From positions 185,318,001-185,382,000 of the forward strand of contig OX597815.1 in NCBI GenBank assembly GCA_951406725.2: a stretch of 64,000 bases of DNA, read 5' to 3'. The position numbers and the translations under genes are program-made. The notes under the pieces were generated by a model. The model was not told the DNA's origin. It saw only the letters and a program-made list of their open reading frames with translations, and made no database searches. Each line of letters begins with the position of its first letter. Positions within the stretch are counted from its first letter, which is position 1. The stretch comes from Octopus vulgaris (lineage: Eukaryota). Shown here piece by piece: positions 40,607-53,312 of the stretch.

Positions 40607-40945
40607 GAAGGCGCGTGGCTCAGTGGTTAGAGCATCGAACTTACGACCGTGAGTTTGTGAGTTCGGTTCCTGGACCAGGCTGCGCGTTGTGTTCTTGAGC
40701 AAGACACTTTATTTCATGTTTCTCCAGTTCACTCAGCTGTAGAATTGAGTTGCGACGTCACTGATGCCAAGCTGTATCGTTCTCTTTGCCTTTCCCTTGG
40801 ATAACATCGGTGGCGTGGAGTGGGAGTGCTGGCATGCATGGGCGACTATTGGTCTTCCATAAACAACCTTGCTCGGACTTGTGCCTCGGAGGATAACTTT
40901 CTAGGTGCAATCACATGGTCAGTAATAACAGAAGGGGATCTCCTC
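40607..40945 (+). mobile_element. tRNA-derived SINE (family C-like head, different 3' part)
   Basis: ggcgcgtggctcagtggttag...gagttcggttcctggacc...gtgttcttgagcaagacact. Confidence 0.75.
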
Positions 40946-40964
40946 ATATATATATATATATATA

Positions 40965-41364
40965 TCTTTACTCTTTACTCTTTACTCTTTTACTTGTTTC
41001 AGTCATTTGACTGCAGCCATGCTGGAGCACCGCCTTTAGTCGAGAAAATCGACCCCAGGACTTATTCTTTGGAAGCCTAGTACTTATTCTATCGGTCTCT
41101 TTTGCCGAACCACTAAGTTACGGGGACGTAAACACACCACCATCGGTCATCAAGCGATGTTGGCGCGACAAACGCACACACACAAACATACACACACACA
41201 CAGATATATACATATATACGACGGGCTTCTTTCAGTTTCCGTCTACCAAATCCACTCACAAAGCCTTGGTCGGCCCGAGGCTATAGTAGAAGACACTTGC
41301 CCAAGGTGCCACGCGGTGGGACTGAACGCAGAACCGTGTGGCTGGTAAGCAAGCTACTTACCAT

Positions 41365-41368
<4 letters not shown>
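40965..41368 (-). mobile_element. SINE family A
   Basis: Tail, body and partial head motifs. Confidence 0.9.
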
Positions 41369-41399
<31 letters not shown>

Positions 41400-41405
<6 letters not shown>

Positions 41406-41468
41406 GTGTATTTTCATAAATAAATAAATATATATATATATATATATATATAAAGGTGTATTTTCATA

Positions 41469-41522
<54 letters not shown>

Positions 41523-41532
41523 GTGTATTTTC

Positions 41533-41575
<43 letters not shown>

Positions 41576-41583
41576 GTATTTTC

Positions 41584-41641
<58 letters not shown>

Positions 41642-41651
41642 GTGTATTTTC

Positions 41652-41689
<38 letters not shown>

Positions 41690-41757
41690 GTGTATTTTCA
41701 TAAATATATATATATATATAAAGGTGTATTTTCATAAATATATATATATATATATAT
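41400..41757. repeat. Minisatellite: AAGGTGTATTTTCATAAATA x7 separated by variable (TA)n
   Basis: Visible directly. Confidence 0.9.
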
Positions 41758-42161
41758 ACATGCCAGCATTATTGCTGAAATAAAAATAAATTTGAAAGCC
41801 ACAAGATAAATTCCGTATGTTATGGGAGAGATATGTTGTGCGGTTCTAAAGTTGTAAGTATAAAGTAGCCTTACCCAAACAAATAAACTTTGTATCGCCA
41901 TCATTTTATCGGTTGATACGATTGCTATTATTAATCGGTTCTCTTTATCTCAGCCATTAAATATATTGATCCGTGTTTCTCTAGAATATCTGTTTTGACA
42001 TTAGTGAGTCATATTGAAACTTTAATATGACAGATTATTTTAAAATGTATAAAAATAATGCTTTATGTCTAAGTAATTATTTGTAAAGTTACTCACATCA
42101 TTCAACACAAACACACACACATACACACACATACATATCTGTATATTCACATATATATATG

Positions 42162-42193
<32 letters not shown>

Positions 42194-42517
42194 TATATAA
42201 TTATTAATAGTAGGGAATATAGAATTCCAAGGCAACAGGGGAAAACAAACTCAATTTAGTAATACTAAATCAAATTTCATGATATATTAAATATATACAG
42301 AATTAAGAGACAGAACCTCCATAAAGTAATTCAATTTATAATGAAAGATATCTATAATAAAATATAAATTTAAACATATTATTATTAACATTGTACTAAA
42401 AATTTCTATACTAAGTAATATACATTAAAAAAATACACATTCACACGACATTATTATTAATATTGTACTAAAAATGTCTATACTAACTAATGCACATTGA
42501 GAAAATACACATTAAAA

Positions 42518-42626
42518 CAACGACGCGCGTTTCGTGGCTATGTATTTTAATTTACAATATCAAACACGATATTCTCAAAAATTAATATTTCTTCGATCCA
42601 ACGATACATATCCATTCTTCAGGTCT
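42518..42626 (-). ncRNA. Type I hammerhead-like ribozyme with an 82-nt stem II, within a probable solo PLE pLTR (~42200-42720)
   Basis: Minus strand: GAC-CTGAAGA-ATGGATATGTAT...ATACATAGCCAC-GAAA-C-GCGC-GTC-GTT; palindromic stem III loop; short stem I. Confidence 0.75.
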
Positions 42627-42869
42627 CAATAACATAGAATAAATTTACAACATAAATGAAGACGTTATAATTACACTATACATTTATAAATAATTGATAA
42701 AATTTAACAGTATTAAAGAAATGTGGGATCCTGACTTTTGTATAGTCCCCTCTTTGTTTTGTCCCTCGGTGGACAATGAAGAATTAATTCTCCTTCTCAC
42801 TAATTTTGTCCATATTTTTGTAGATTATTAGGTCGTACTTCAATACAGGTTTGGCTGGAATGAAAGGTT

Positions 42870-43290
42870 GACCATTATGTAAACCTCCTCGAGGAATGTG
42901 AAGACGCAGGCTGGAAAGCGGAGCATTTTCCAATCGAAGTCGGATGTAGAGGGTTTGTTGGACACAGTGTGAGACGACTGTTTTTATCGTTAGGCCTAAC
43001 TCATCGTAAGGTAAATGCCATCATCACCAATATCCAAACAACAATGGAGAAGGCTAGCCATGGGATTTGGTTAAAAAGAGACAATGAGTGATGGATAGAG
43101 AAATATTGATCTAGCAAGAGGGGCCTCATATCAGTGCACATTGATGTCGTCGAGAGGTAGGCCCCAAAATGGCGCACATTCTCTCCTGATGACCCCATAC
43201 ACTTGCTGGCTTCTGGTATGCGGAGTTCTCGACTGGTAGCGCTTGCATGAGCAAGTTGTTTGCAAGACATTTAATGTCTTAAAATAAATA
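42870..43290 (+). mobile_element. HERO/NeSL-type non-LTR retrotransposon 3' fragment (REL endonuclease end + 3'UTR)
   Basis: Frame absent from the ORF track: YVNLLEECEDAGWKAEHFPIEVGCRGFVGHSVRRLF...MEKASHGIWLKRD; the GW...PIEVGCRGF...WLKR motif is typical of the clade. Confidence 0.8.
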
Positions 43291-44678
43291 AAAATAAATC
43301 CAGCCTCGACCTATTTCTTTGTTTCGATTCGGAGATTACTTCAGAAATCATTCAAACGCGTTATTGCTTATTTGTGTTTATGGTCAGCCAATGTTTATTG
43401 AAACATATCTGGCAATCTAGATTCACTTGCTACATTTCCAACTTTCCTAGCTTTACTCCAAAATTCTGATGAAATTTTACAGACCAAGGGTTTAGAAAAT
43501 TCATATATAAAATGAAGTTTTCCCATAGGAAGTTATGTGACTAAATTCGTTCCAAGATTCACGTATTGTGAATAAAAAGCATCTTTTTGTGTAGACAATA
43601 TAAAACTGATCTACAATGATTTATCGGTTTATTTTATAACAGAATATATATGCTTTTCAAATTCAGTCAACATTTGTCTCATAAATGTTAGATAAATTAC
43701 ATTAGGTGCATCTGAGTCCATAACGTGTGATTTCCTTAATACTCGTCGCAACAAGAATTCACTTCAAAATGTAATTTTAGTGCATCACATTAGCTAACAA
43801 TTTGTTATTAATTTTTTTTTTTGCATAGTTCTTGATGGCCGTTATGTGGGTGAACGGGATTATATTTGCAATGGCTCCCCCACCTCTATTGATTAACTTA
43901 TATATTTTCATTGTAAGATTTTATTCGCTACGCTGATCTGTGGAACTAGTTGTTACTCTCAACAGAAAAAAATCAATGCTAGAAAGTAGTCCTTCACTAA
44001 CATGGGAGATTCTTCATGGAAGGAGTGGCAGATGCATTTTATGAGAATCGGCTTTAAATTACCTAATTTCATTAACGCATAGAACAAATAATGCCACAAT
44101 GTTTTGAAGCTCCCTCTGTTGCAATAATAAAACAATTTTCACCAGCATAGCATAGCTCTAAAAATTTCTCACACGATTCAGCAGTTTATCAGTAATATTT
44201 CTAACAGGAATTAACCCTAAACCTGTGATACAATTTCATTTAATCGTTTATAGTAATATCTGAGACAAGAATAAATTTCCTTTCACAAGAAATTTCACTT
44301 TTAACATTCAAAATCAAGGCGAACTGATTATTACGTATGCCTTCAATTTGTTCTTTCATTAAGATTGTGGCAATAACATTTTTGTAACCGCTACGCTTTT
44401 TCTATGTACTTCCAAATTAGCTGTAGTTGATAATGATGGAATTCTCTCATCAAGTTCTTCTAAACGATCGATGCCACGTGCATGGCAAGCTACAAATGCT
44501 GTTAAATGCAATTATAACTGAACTATTTTGTAACTGGAAAAAAAAAAGAAAAACCACTTAAGTTGATTGTTGCGTTATTCTTTTATTTTTAGCTGGAAAA
44601 GTATGGTTTTGTTAATGCGGTGTCGTGAGTTCGTATTTCAGCGCTGCACATTTTATATAATTTCTTTATTATTATTTT

Positions 44679-45642
44679 GAAGGCGGCGAGCTGGCAGACT
44701 CGAAAGCAGGCCGGGCGAAATGTTTAGCAGTATTTCGTCTGTCTTTACTTTCTGGGCTCATATTCCGTCGAGGTCGACTTTGCCTTTCGGGGGTTACGCA
44801 CTGGGGTCGATATAATTGACTTAATCCCTTTGTTTGTCCTTGTTTGTCTCCTCTATGTTTAGCTCCCTGTGGGCAATAAAGAAATAATTATTATTTTGTT
44901 GAAAGGCGGAGAGCTGGTAGAAACGTTAGCACGCCAGGCGAAATGCTTAGCGGTATTTCGTCGGCTGTTACGTTCTGAGTTCAAATTCCGCCGAGGTCAA
45001 CTTTGTCTTTCATCCCTTTCGGGGTCGATTAAATAAGTACCAGTTACGCACTTGGGTCGATGTAATCGACTTAATCCGTTTGTCTGTCTTTGTTTGTCTC
45101 CTCTGTGTTTAGCCCCTTGTGGGTAGTAAAGAAATAGGTATTTCGTGTCTTTACGTTGAGTTCAAATTCCGCCGAGGTCGATTTTTGCCTTTCATCCTTT
45201 CGGGGGCGAAATATTAAGTACCAGTTGTGAACTAGGGTCGATTTAATCGACTGGCCTCCTCCCCCAAAACTTCGGACCTTGTGCAAAGGGTAGAAAAGAA
45301 TATATATCGTATTTTGTCTGTCTACGTTGAGTTCAAATTCCGCCGAGGTCGACTTTGTCTTTCATCCTTTCGGGATCGATAAATTATGTACCAGTTGCGT
45401 ACTGAAGTCGATCTAATCGACTGGCGCTCTCCCCAAAGATTCCAGGCCTTGTACCTAGAGTAGAAGAGAATATATCATATTTTGTCTGTCTTTCCGTTCT
45501 GAGTTCAAATTACGACGAGGTCGATTTTGCCTTTCACCTTTCGGGGTCAATAAATTAAGTACCAGTTGCGTACTGGGGTCGATCTAATCGACTGACTCCC
45601 CCTTCCCAAAAATTTCGGGCCTTGTGCTTAGAGTAGAAACGA
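44679..45642 (+). mobile_element. SINE family B multi-unit cluster
   Basis: Heads at ~44679 and ~44903, then repeated gagttcaaatt...gtcga...aagtaccagttg units with two alternative tails. Confidence 0.85.
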
Positions 45643-45703
45643 ATATTATTTTGTTGCATTTCTCTCAACCAAATTGAAAATTGAAGATTTTAAAGTATGT
45701 TTA

Positions 45704-46080
45704 AAGGCGCAGGATTGGCTGTGTGGTAAGTAGCTTGCTTACGAACCACATGGTTGCGGGTTCAGTCCCACTGCGTGGCACCTTGGGCAAGTATCTTCTA
45801 CTATAGCCTTGGGCCGACCAAAGCCTGGTGAGTGGATTTGGAAGACGGAAACTGAAAGAAGCCTGTCTTATATATGTGTGTGTGTGTCTGTATGTATATG
45901 TTTGTGTGTCTGTGCTTGTCCTCCCAACATCGCTTGACAACCGATGCTGGTGTGTTTACGTCCCCGAGGGACCGATAGAATAAGTACTAGGCTTACAAAG
46001 AATAAGTCCTGGGGTCGATTTGCTCGACTAAAGGCGGTGCTCCAGCATTGCCACAGTCAAATGACTGAAACAAATAAAAG
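45704..46080 (+). mobile_element. SINE family A
   Basis: Full head and tail. Confidence 0.9.
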
Positions 46081-47038
46081 TAATGAAAATAAAAGTATGT
46101 TAGTCAATCTTATTTAACACTCACTCGTTATTGACAATTCACTCGTTGAATAGATGGACATAATCTTGCAATAATCGACATTATTTTAAAAGTCATTAAT
46201 TTTCATTAACAACATGTTGTCAACAACCTCCAGTCCACCTTGCTGTGGTTATTTGATATGCGAGAAAGTGCCATCACACAGTCGTAAGAGGACCTGGTGA
46301 TATATCTTGGGATATTTTATCCGACGTGTTTCAGCTGATAAAATTCGAGACAGAATTTCCGGTCGATAAATAAGGGTTCCAGTCGAAGGCGGTAAACTGG
46401 TGGAGTTATCATCCGTTTGGATGTTATGCATTTTTGGTATTTGTTCTGGCTCTCAGTGTTGTAAGTTCAAATCCCGCTACAGCATAACTTCGTGATAAAT
46501 TTAAGTAGTCATGCGGTTTCAGGGACTTTACCGCATGTGGTACTGAAGAATGAGCAACAACTTCTGAAATATGCATGTATACCCATCCCCTATTTCTCTA
46601 TATTCGATCGCATTTTTTACATTGACGTATTCGTATATGAAACGTGATGACTTTCAGTACTGACTCTAATTTCTCTTGAAAATCTGAAGTAATAACTTTT
46701 AGAAGTGAAAATCTATCTGGTAAGTATTCGGTTAGGATTCCCGCTTCGTCTTGTTCTTGACCTTCCACAATTTTTGATATTTTACAAGATGTCATGGCCA
46801 CTACTGCTGCCTTCTTACTAAGTGACACCATCAGCATATGCATATATATTGACTATTGAAAAGGTTGCAAGACGCAAAGAAAATTTTAGGAAAATAAAAA
46901 TAAGGAATAAGTGGAAATTTCACCGGTGAGTGTGTTAAAAAAGGCACAAAAAGAAAATGACTCTCCCCAGACACAACAGAATATGCTTCAACACACGAAC
47001 TCATATAAAGAATCTTGCAAATCAAATCCAAAAACGAA

Positions 47039-47085
<47 letters not shown>

Positions 47086-47234
47086 AGAGAGAAAAAGAAA
47101 AAAAAAACAGGTTGGGAAGGGAAATAGGGAATAGACAGAAATATGTAGAGATAAATTCGAAAATGGAAGGATGAGTAGAATATACAATGATAGAAAGATA
47201 AATGGATGCAAACAATAACTGTAATGTAGGTATT

Positions 47235-47424
47235 AAGAAAGGAAGAAAGAAAGAAAGAAAGAAAGAGAAAGAATGAAAGGTAGAAAGACAGGGAGGGAGA
47301 AGGACAGAGAGGGAGGGAGGGAAAAAGAAAGAAAGAAAGAAAGAAAGAAAGAGAAAGAAAAAAGGTAGAAAGACAAGGAGGGAGAAGGACAGAGAGAGAA
47401 GGAGGGAGAAAGAAAGAGAGGGAG

Positions 47425-47462
<38 letters not shown>

Positions 47463-47505
47463 AGGGAGGGAGTAAGAAAGAAAGAAAGGGAGGGAGAAAG
47501 AAAGA
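47235..47505. repeat. (GAAA)n/(GGGA)n polypurine tract
   Basis: Visible directly. Confidence 0.9.
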
Positions 47506-48136
47506 GGTGTTTATACGAGAAAGAAACCAGTGTCAGAGAAACTGGGTTTAGTTACAAATAGTTATTAACGGAAAGGGCGGCCATGAGAGATTCGAGGAAG
47601 AAATTGATGAGAAAACGAAAGACGGTCACACAACAGTCGCAAGCATTTTCCAATCATTCATCAATTGTCGTTAAAATATCACGAATTTCGATATCCACAC
47701 CACCACCAGCACCAGCACCACCAACACACATAGCTACGTGTATTCTCATATGTCGCTTAATTAATGGAAGTGTTAAGAGTACAAAACTACGCCTAGATAA
47801 TACAAACACGCTCTACGCCAACCTCTAAAGTGCACCATAAAGAAATGAATTAATCCACGCGGTTGGCGACTGCCCCGATAAGCAAATTAGCTTGACCTTG
47901 TTCACGTGAGTTGTAGCTCGTTTACTCTATAAATAAATATGACCTACCAATCTCTGTTACCAGTAGACTGATATTTTCTCTCTGATGACATCAAAGTAGA
48001 TCAATATCTGTTTTGCTTTGTTCTTTTATTTTTTTTGTTTTGTTTTACTGAAAACAGGAAAACTCTTGTGTGACCAGTTTGTTTACTAATCGCAGCAAAG
48101 CTGAGATTATATGAATATGTGTGTGTGTGTATTGAT

Positions 48137-48170
<34 letters not shown>

Positions 48171-48177
48171 ATGTGTA

Positions 48178-48560
48178 TTCTTGTTTCAGTAATTTGACTG
48201 CGGTCATGCTGGAGCACCACCTATAGTCGAACAAATCAACTCCAGGATTTATTCTTCGTAAGCCTAGTACATAGTCTATCGGTATCGTTTGCCAAATCGC
48301 TAAGTTACAGGAACGTAAACACAGCAACATCGATCGTCAAGCGATGGGGAGGGAACAAAAACTGACACACAAATACATACATATATGTATATATATACGG
48401 TGGGCTTCTTTCAGTTTCTGTCTACCAAATCTACTCACAACGCTTTGGTCGACTCGAGGCTGTAGTAGAAGACACTTGCGCAAGGTGTCACGCAGTGGAA
48501 CTTAAACTGGAACCATGTGTTTGGGAGGCAAGCTTCTTACCACACAGCTACTCGTGCGCC
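48178..48560 (-). mobile_element. SINE family A, diverged
   Basis: Tail and head motifs. Confidence 0.85.
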
Positions 48561-48919
48561 TATATGTATTGTTTATATTCTCTTACTTGTGTCAGTCATT
48601 AGACTGCGGACATGGTGCTTGCATGATGGAGATAGGAAAAGAGAAAGAAGACGATAAGTGGATTAGAGATAAAGAGAATATGGGAAGACGTACCTACAAT
48701 GACTACTGGAAACAGTTGTAAGCCTAGTTTATGCTAATAAATGAAAAATATGTATGTATATATATATGTGTGTGTGTATGCACACACGTACGTACATATA
48801 TAGATGCACACAAGCACGCATGTATGTATGTATGTATGTATGTATGTATGTATGTATGTATGCATGTATGCATGTATGTATGGATGGATGAATGTATGTA
48901 TGAATGACTGTATGCGTGT

Positions 48920-48973
<54 letters not shown>

Positions 48974-48990
48974 GAAGTATAAGGAAAGGA

Positions 48991-49804
48991 GAAATTGTAA
49001 GTGTAGACGAATCTTAATTCGTAATCCAAGTTAGTACAGAAGCAATATACTTTCTACAAATTCTTTCGGAGTCTAATTAATTCCAAAGACAAAAACGAAA
49101 AACTCTTCATCAAATAAAAAATAGATTTCTCGTCAGAAATTACATGCTGCTATGAATAATTATGATCAATAAAAATATACAAAGACCTTTCTTAGCCCAG
49201 ACGGGAAAGAACAAATAAATGCGAGATAACAAGAACGGATAAAGTGAAAAAGTAGTATCATTGAAGAGAGAAGAGAGAAAATAGTAATACTGATTTACTT
49301 GCAGAAGGCTATTCTTATTTTCGTTTGATATTACCATATTATTAAGTTTAAATTGGGACATTTATTACTTTTTAGTGGAGGATATATCGGTTTGTAGTTA
49401 TTGATTTTTAATTTTTGATTAGATAACCCTAATATTTTTCTGGTTAATTTTTCTTCATTAAATGTATCTGTCTTTTTTAGATATTTACATATCGTTAAAA
49501 GTAATGTTAATAAAACGCTGAAGTGGTTTTTATATATATATTTATGGTTTTGAATATCTGACGTTCTTGTTATCTTACATTTATTTGTTCGTTCCCGTCT
49601 GGGCAACGAAAGGTCTTTGTATATTTTTGTTGATCGTAATTATTCAGGCCAGTATGTAATTCCTGACGAGGAATCTAATTTTTATCTCATGAAGAGTGTT
49701 TCGTTTTTGTCTTTGGAATTAATTAGACTCCGAAAGAATTTGTAGAATGTATATTGGTTCTGTACCAACTTGGATTATGAATTAAAGATAATTTACACCT
49801 ATAA

Positions 49805-49808
<4 letters not shown>
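48991..49808. mobile_element. PLE-like fold-back element with ~245 bp inverted arms, each carrying a hammerhead, between (TA)n tracts
   Basis: 48992-49237 vs 49562-49808 are diverged reverse complements. Plus arm: ATTC-CTGACGA(49663-69)-GGAATCTAATT...AATTAGACTCC-GAAA(49732-35)-GAATTTGTA-GAAT. Confidence 0.8.
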
Positions 49809-49835
<27 letters not shown>

Positions 49836-49837
49836 CT

Positions 49838-49889
<52 letters not shown>

Positions 49890-50076
49890 CATATGTGTGT
49901 GTGTAGATAATTTTATAATTTCGTTAAACCGAAAATTAATTTATTTAAAGAGAAGAATAAAAGTAGTACTATAAATAGAATTATTCAGGTAACACTAAGA
50001 CGAAAGGGAAAATAAATTGAAAGGTATAATGAATAAACGCCCCAATTGATCGAAAAAACTTTATAAAATTTCCCAT

Positions 50077-50486
50077 AGGAGCAGGAGTGGCTGTGTGGTA
50101 AGTAGCTTGTTTACCAACCAAATGGTTCCGGGTTCAGTCCCACTGCGTGGCACCTTGGGCAAGTGTCTTCTACTATAGCCTTGGGCCGACCAAAGCCTTG
50201 TGAGTGGATTTGGTAGACGGAAACTGAAAGAAGCCCGTCGTATATATATATATATATATATATGCATGTGTGTGTTTGTGTGTCTGTGTTTGTCCTCCTA
50301 GCATTGCTTGACAACCAATGCTGGTGTGTTTATGTCCCCGTTACTTAGCGGTACGGCAAAAGAGACCGATAGAATAAGTACTGCGCTTACAATAGAATAA
50401 GTGATGGGGTCGATTTGCTCGATTAAAGACGGTGCTCCAGCATGGCCGCAGTCAAATGACTGAAACCAGTAAAAGAGTAAAAGAGT
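50077..50486 (+). mobile_element. SINE family A
   Basis: Full head and tail, ending in (AAAAGAGT) repeats. Confidence 0.9.
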
Positions 50487-50913
50487 ATATATATCTTATA
50501 AATCTTTTAACCCGTACGATACTTACAATAATAGATTGCCTAGAGTGACTTGCACCTTAATTAAATATGAATAATAACTTTACATACTCGAATAAAAATT
50601 TACATACTAATTTTCTATTGCTTTAATATAGATGGACATATCACAATATATAACATTTATAACGAATATATCTACTTGATCTTTTCTTTGACTAAACACC
50701 TTAGAAGAATATATTAATCAATTCTTACTTTACAACTCCAATATACACTTCCTTCATCCCATTTCTAAGGTCTATTACATGTTTCATACTATGTCCTTTA
50801 TGCATAAATTTCATCAGATAAAGGTTTGCAGCCGTATAATCAACAGGCATGAATTGAGCACCTATTTTGTATATCTTCAATAGATATATATACATATATA
50901 TACATATTTGTAC

Positions 50914-50976
<63 letters not shown>

Positions 50977-51003
50977 CACACATATATACATATATTTATA
51001 TAT

Positions 51004-51039
<36 letters not shown>

Positions 51040-51040
<1 letters not shown>

Positions 51041-52157
51041 CATTAGCACGCAAATAGTGAGCGGTGTTCCACAGGGCACTGTTTTGGGACCACTACTGTT
51101 CATAATGGCCCTCTCAGACATGCCCTCAGCCACGCGGAGAGCCACGATCACAAGTTATGCAGATGATACAAAAGTTTCACAGGCAATACAGAACCCTGAA
51201 GACACTAGGCACCTGCAATATGAGCTGGACGAAATATACAAGTGGGCTGAAAAGAATAGCATGCAGTTCAATGCTGAAAAGTTTCAAGCTTTATACTATC
51301 AGCATGCAAAACTGAATGCAATACCCAAGGAATACACTGGACCCGGAGGGATTGCAATCCCGGAGGCACAGTCGGTGCGTGACCTGGGTATTCACATGAG
51401 TGATGACGCGACCTTTCATGTACATGTTGCTAAACTGACAATGAAATGCAGACGGCTGGCTGGATGGATTCTTAGAACCTTTAGAACAAGAGAACAAGAA
51501 ACCATGATGGTCCTCTGGAAGACACTTGTCCTAAGTCACTTTGACTATTGCTCTCAGCTATGGTCACCATCCAGTGTCAAGTTGATCACAGAACTTGAGG
51601 CGATCCAACGAAGCTACACGAAGAAGATAGCCTCTATGCAGAATGTAAGCTACTGGGACAGACTCAAGAGATTAAAATTATATTCCCTGGAGCGTAGGCG
51701 GGAAAGATATGCCATAATATACATCTGGAAGATCCTGGAGGGAAGTGTCCTGAACTTTGGCATCGAGAGTTACGCAAATGCCAGAACTGGGCGCCACTGC
51801 GTGGTGCCTAGGACTCCAAACTTGCCATCAAGATGTAGGACAAGATTCTGTGATAGCCTGGGCTTCCGAGGCCCACAGCTCTTCAATATCCTCCCGAAGA
51901 ACCTGAGAGACCTGCATGGGGTGGATACAGATGTCTTTAAAATGGAGCTGGATCTCTTCCTGTCAGGTGTCCCAGATGAACCAACTTCACGGCAGGAGGG
52001 GCAGATGAGGGCAGCTGCATCGAACTCTCTCATGCACCAAATAGCAGTTGCTAGAAAGCCTCCATGAAGTGAAACCAAGTAGCAACACCAAATGGCGGTG
52101 CCCCAGCATGGCCACAGCTCATAAGCTGAAACTAGAATCAATCAATCAATCAATCAA
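51040..52157 (+). mobile_element. 5'-truncated LINE insertion in (TA)n with short 3'UTR and (AATC)n tail
   Basis: ORF followed by ggcggtgccccagcatggccacagctcataagctgaaactag(aatc)n. Confidence 0.9.
51057..52067 (+). CDS. CR1/L2-group LINE ORF2: reverse transcriptase C-terminal half (5'-truncated, uninterrupted frame)
   Basis: [29 protein letters not shown]...[38 protein letters not shown]. Confidence 0.92.
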   Translation: MSGVPQGTVLGPLLFIMALSDMPSATRRATITSYADDTKVSQAIQNPEDTRHLQYELDEIYKWAEKNSMQFNAEKFQALYYQHAKLNAIPKEYTGPGGIAIPEAQSVRDLGIHMSDDATFHVHVAKLTMKCRRLAGWILRTFRTREQETMMVLWKTLVLSHFDYCSQLWSPSSVKLITELEAIQRSYTKKIASMQNVSYWDRLKRLKLYSLERRRERYAIIYIWKILEGSVLNFGIESYANARTGRHCVVPRTPNLPSRCRTRFCDSLGFRGPQLFNILPKNLRDLHGVDTDVFKMELDLFLSGVPDEPTSRQEGQMRAAASNSLMHQIAVARKPP

Positions 52158-52274
52158 TATATGTACACATATATATATATATATATATACATATACATAG
52201 ATGTACACACATATATAGATATATACGTATGTATATATATTCATATATATATGCATATATATCTAACATACACA

Positions 52275-52375
<101 letters not shown>

Positions 52376-52592
52376 GTATTTATATATACGCAGGCGTATA
52401 CGCACACGGAATTCTTAAAATTGGACTAATATATATGCTGATTGACGTTATTAAGTTTTGCAGAATCTAGGAATGTTCTTAGAAATGGAATCTGGGCTAC
52501 TTGATTTTTATACTTTTTGATGTTCAGATATTCACTAATATAAGCTGATAATGAGTGTGTTGTATAGCCACACGCACATACCCACATACACA

Positions 52593-52641
<49 letters not shown>

Positions 52642-53132
52642 GGGCACGCACACGCAAGATGAAACATGGTCAAACGAAAGCAATGCGCAACAACACACAC
52701 ATGAAGACTAAACTACATATATAACAGGGAACTGTATTAAGGCTTAAATCAGAACAGGATTTCCGTAAGATTTTGCATACTTGAATCTTGACAGATAAAG
52801 GCTGATCTAATCCACAATCGTTTTTCTTGAGCTCCCTCCAAAGATGATCGATTCGGAGAAGAATTTCTCTTCTTAACAACAGCATCAATATGATGGATGT
52901 TGTGTTTTTTTAATGATCACTTGAACACAAACGTTGAAGTAGTTAACAGCTGCTGACAGAATTGCAGTCAAGCTCGTACTTGCGTCGTGTGCACAGACAA
53001 CAAGCAAACATACTAGCAAATACATACGAACGGATATACTTAGACACATACGTAATCAATCACTCATACATATACACACACACAAGCATTTTTATGAGAG
53101 TGTATTAATATTTGTGTGCCTGCAAGTTAAAC

Positions 53133-53180
<48 letters not shown>

Positions 53181-53271
53181 ACATACATGAATGTGTATAA
53201 TATGCATATTTACCTATAAAAATTACATGCATGTATTCACACACGTAAGTGTATATACACGCAAATACATG

Positions 53272-53312
<41 letters not shown>

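Noticed and set aside
41400-41757. CRISPR-like repeat-spacer appearance (20 bp repeat x7)
   Set aside because: Spacers are only (TA)n of varying length, the context is eukaryotic and there are no cas genes; it is a minisatellite.
46598-46843. 81-aa ORF as a host exon
   Set aside because: No recognisable domain or supportable splice structure; needs RNA-seq or homology evidence.
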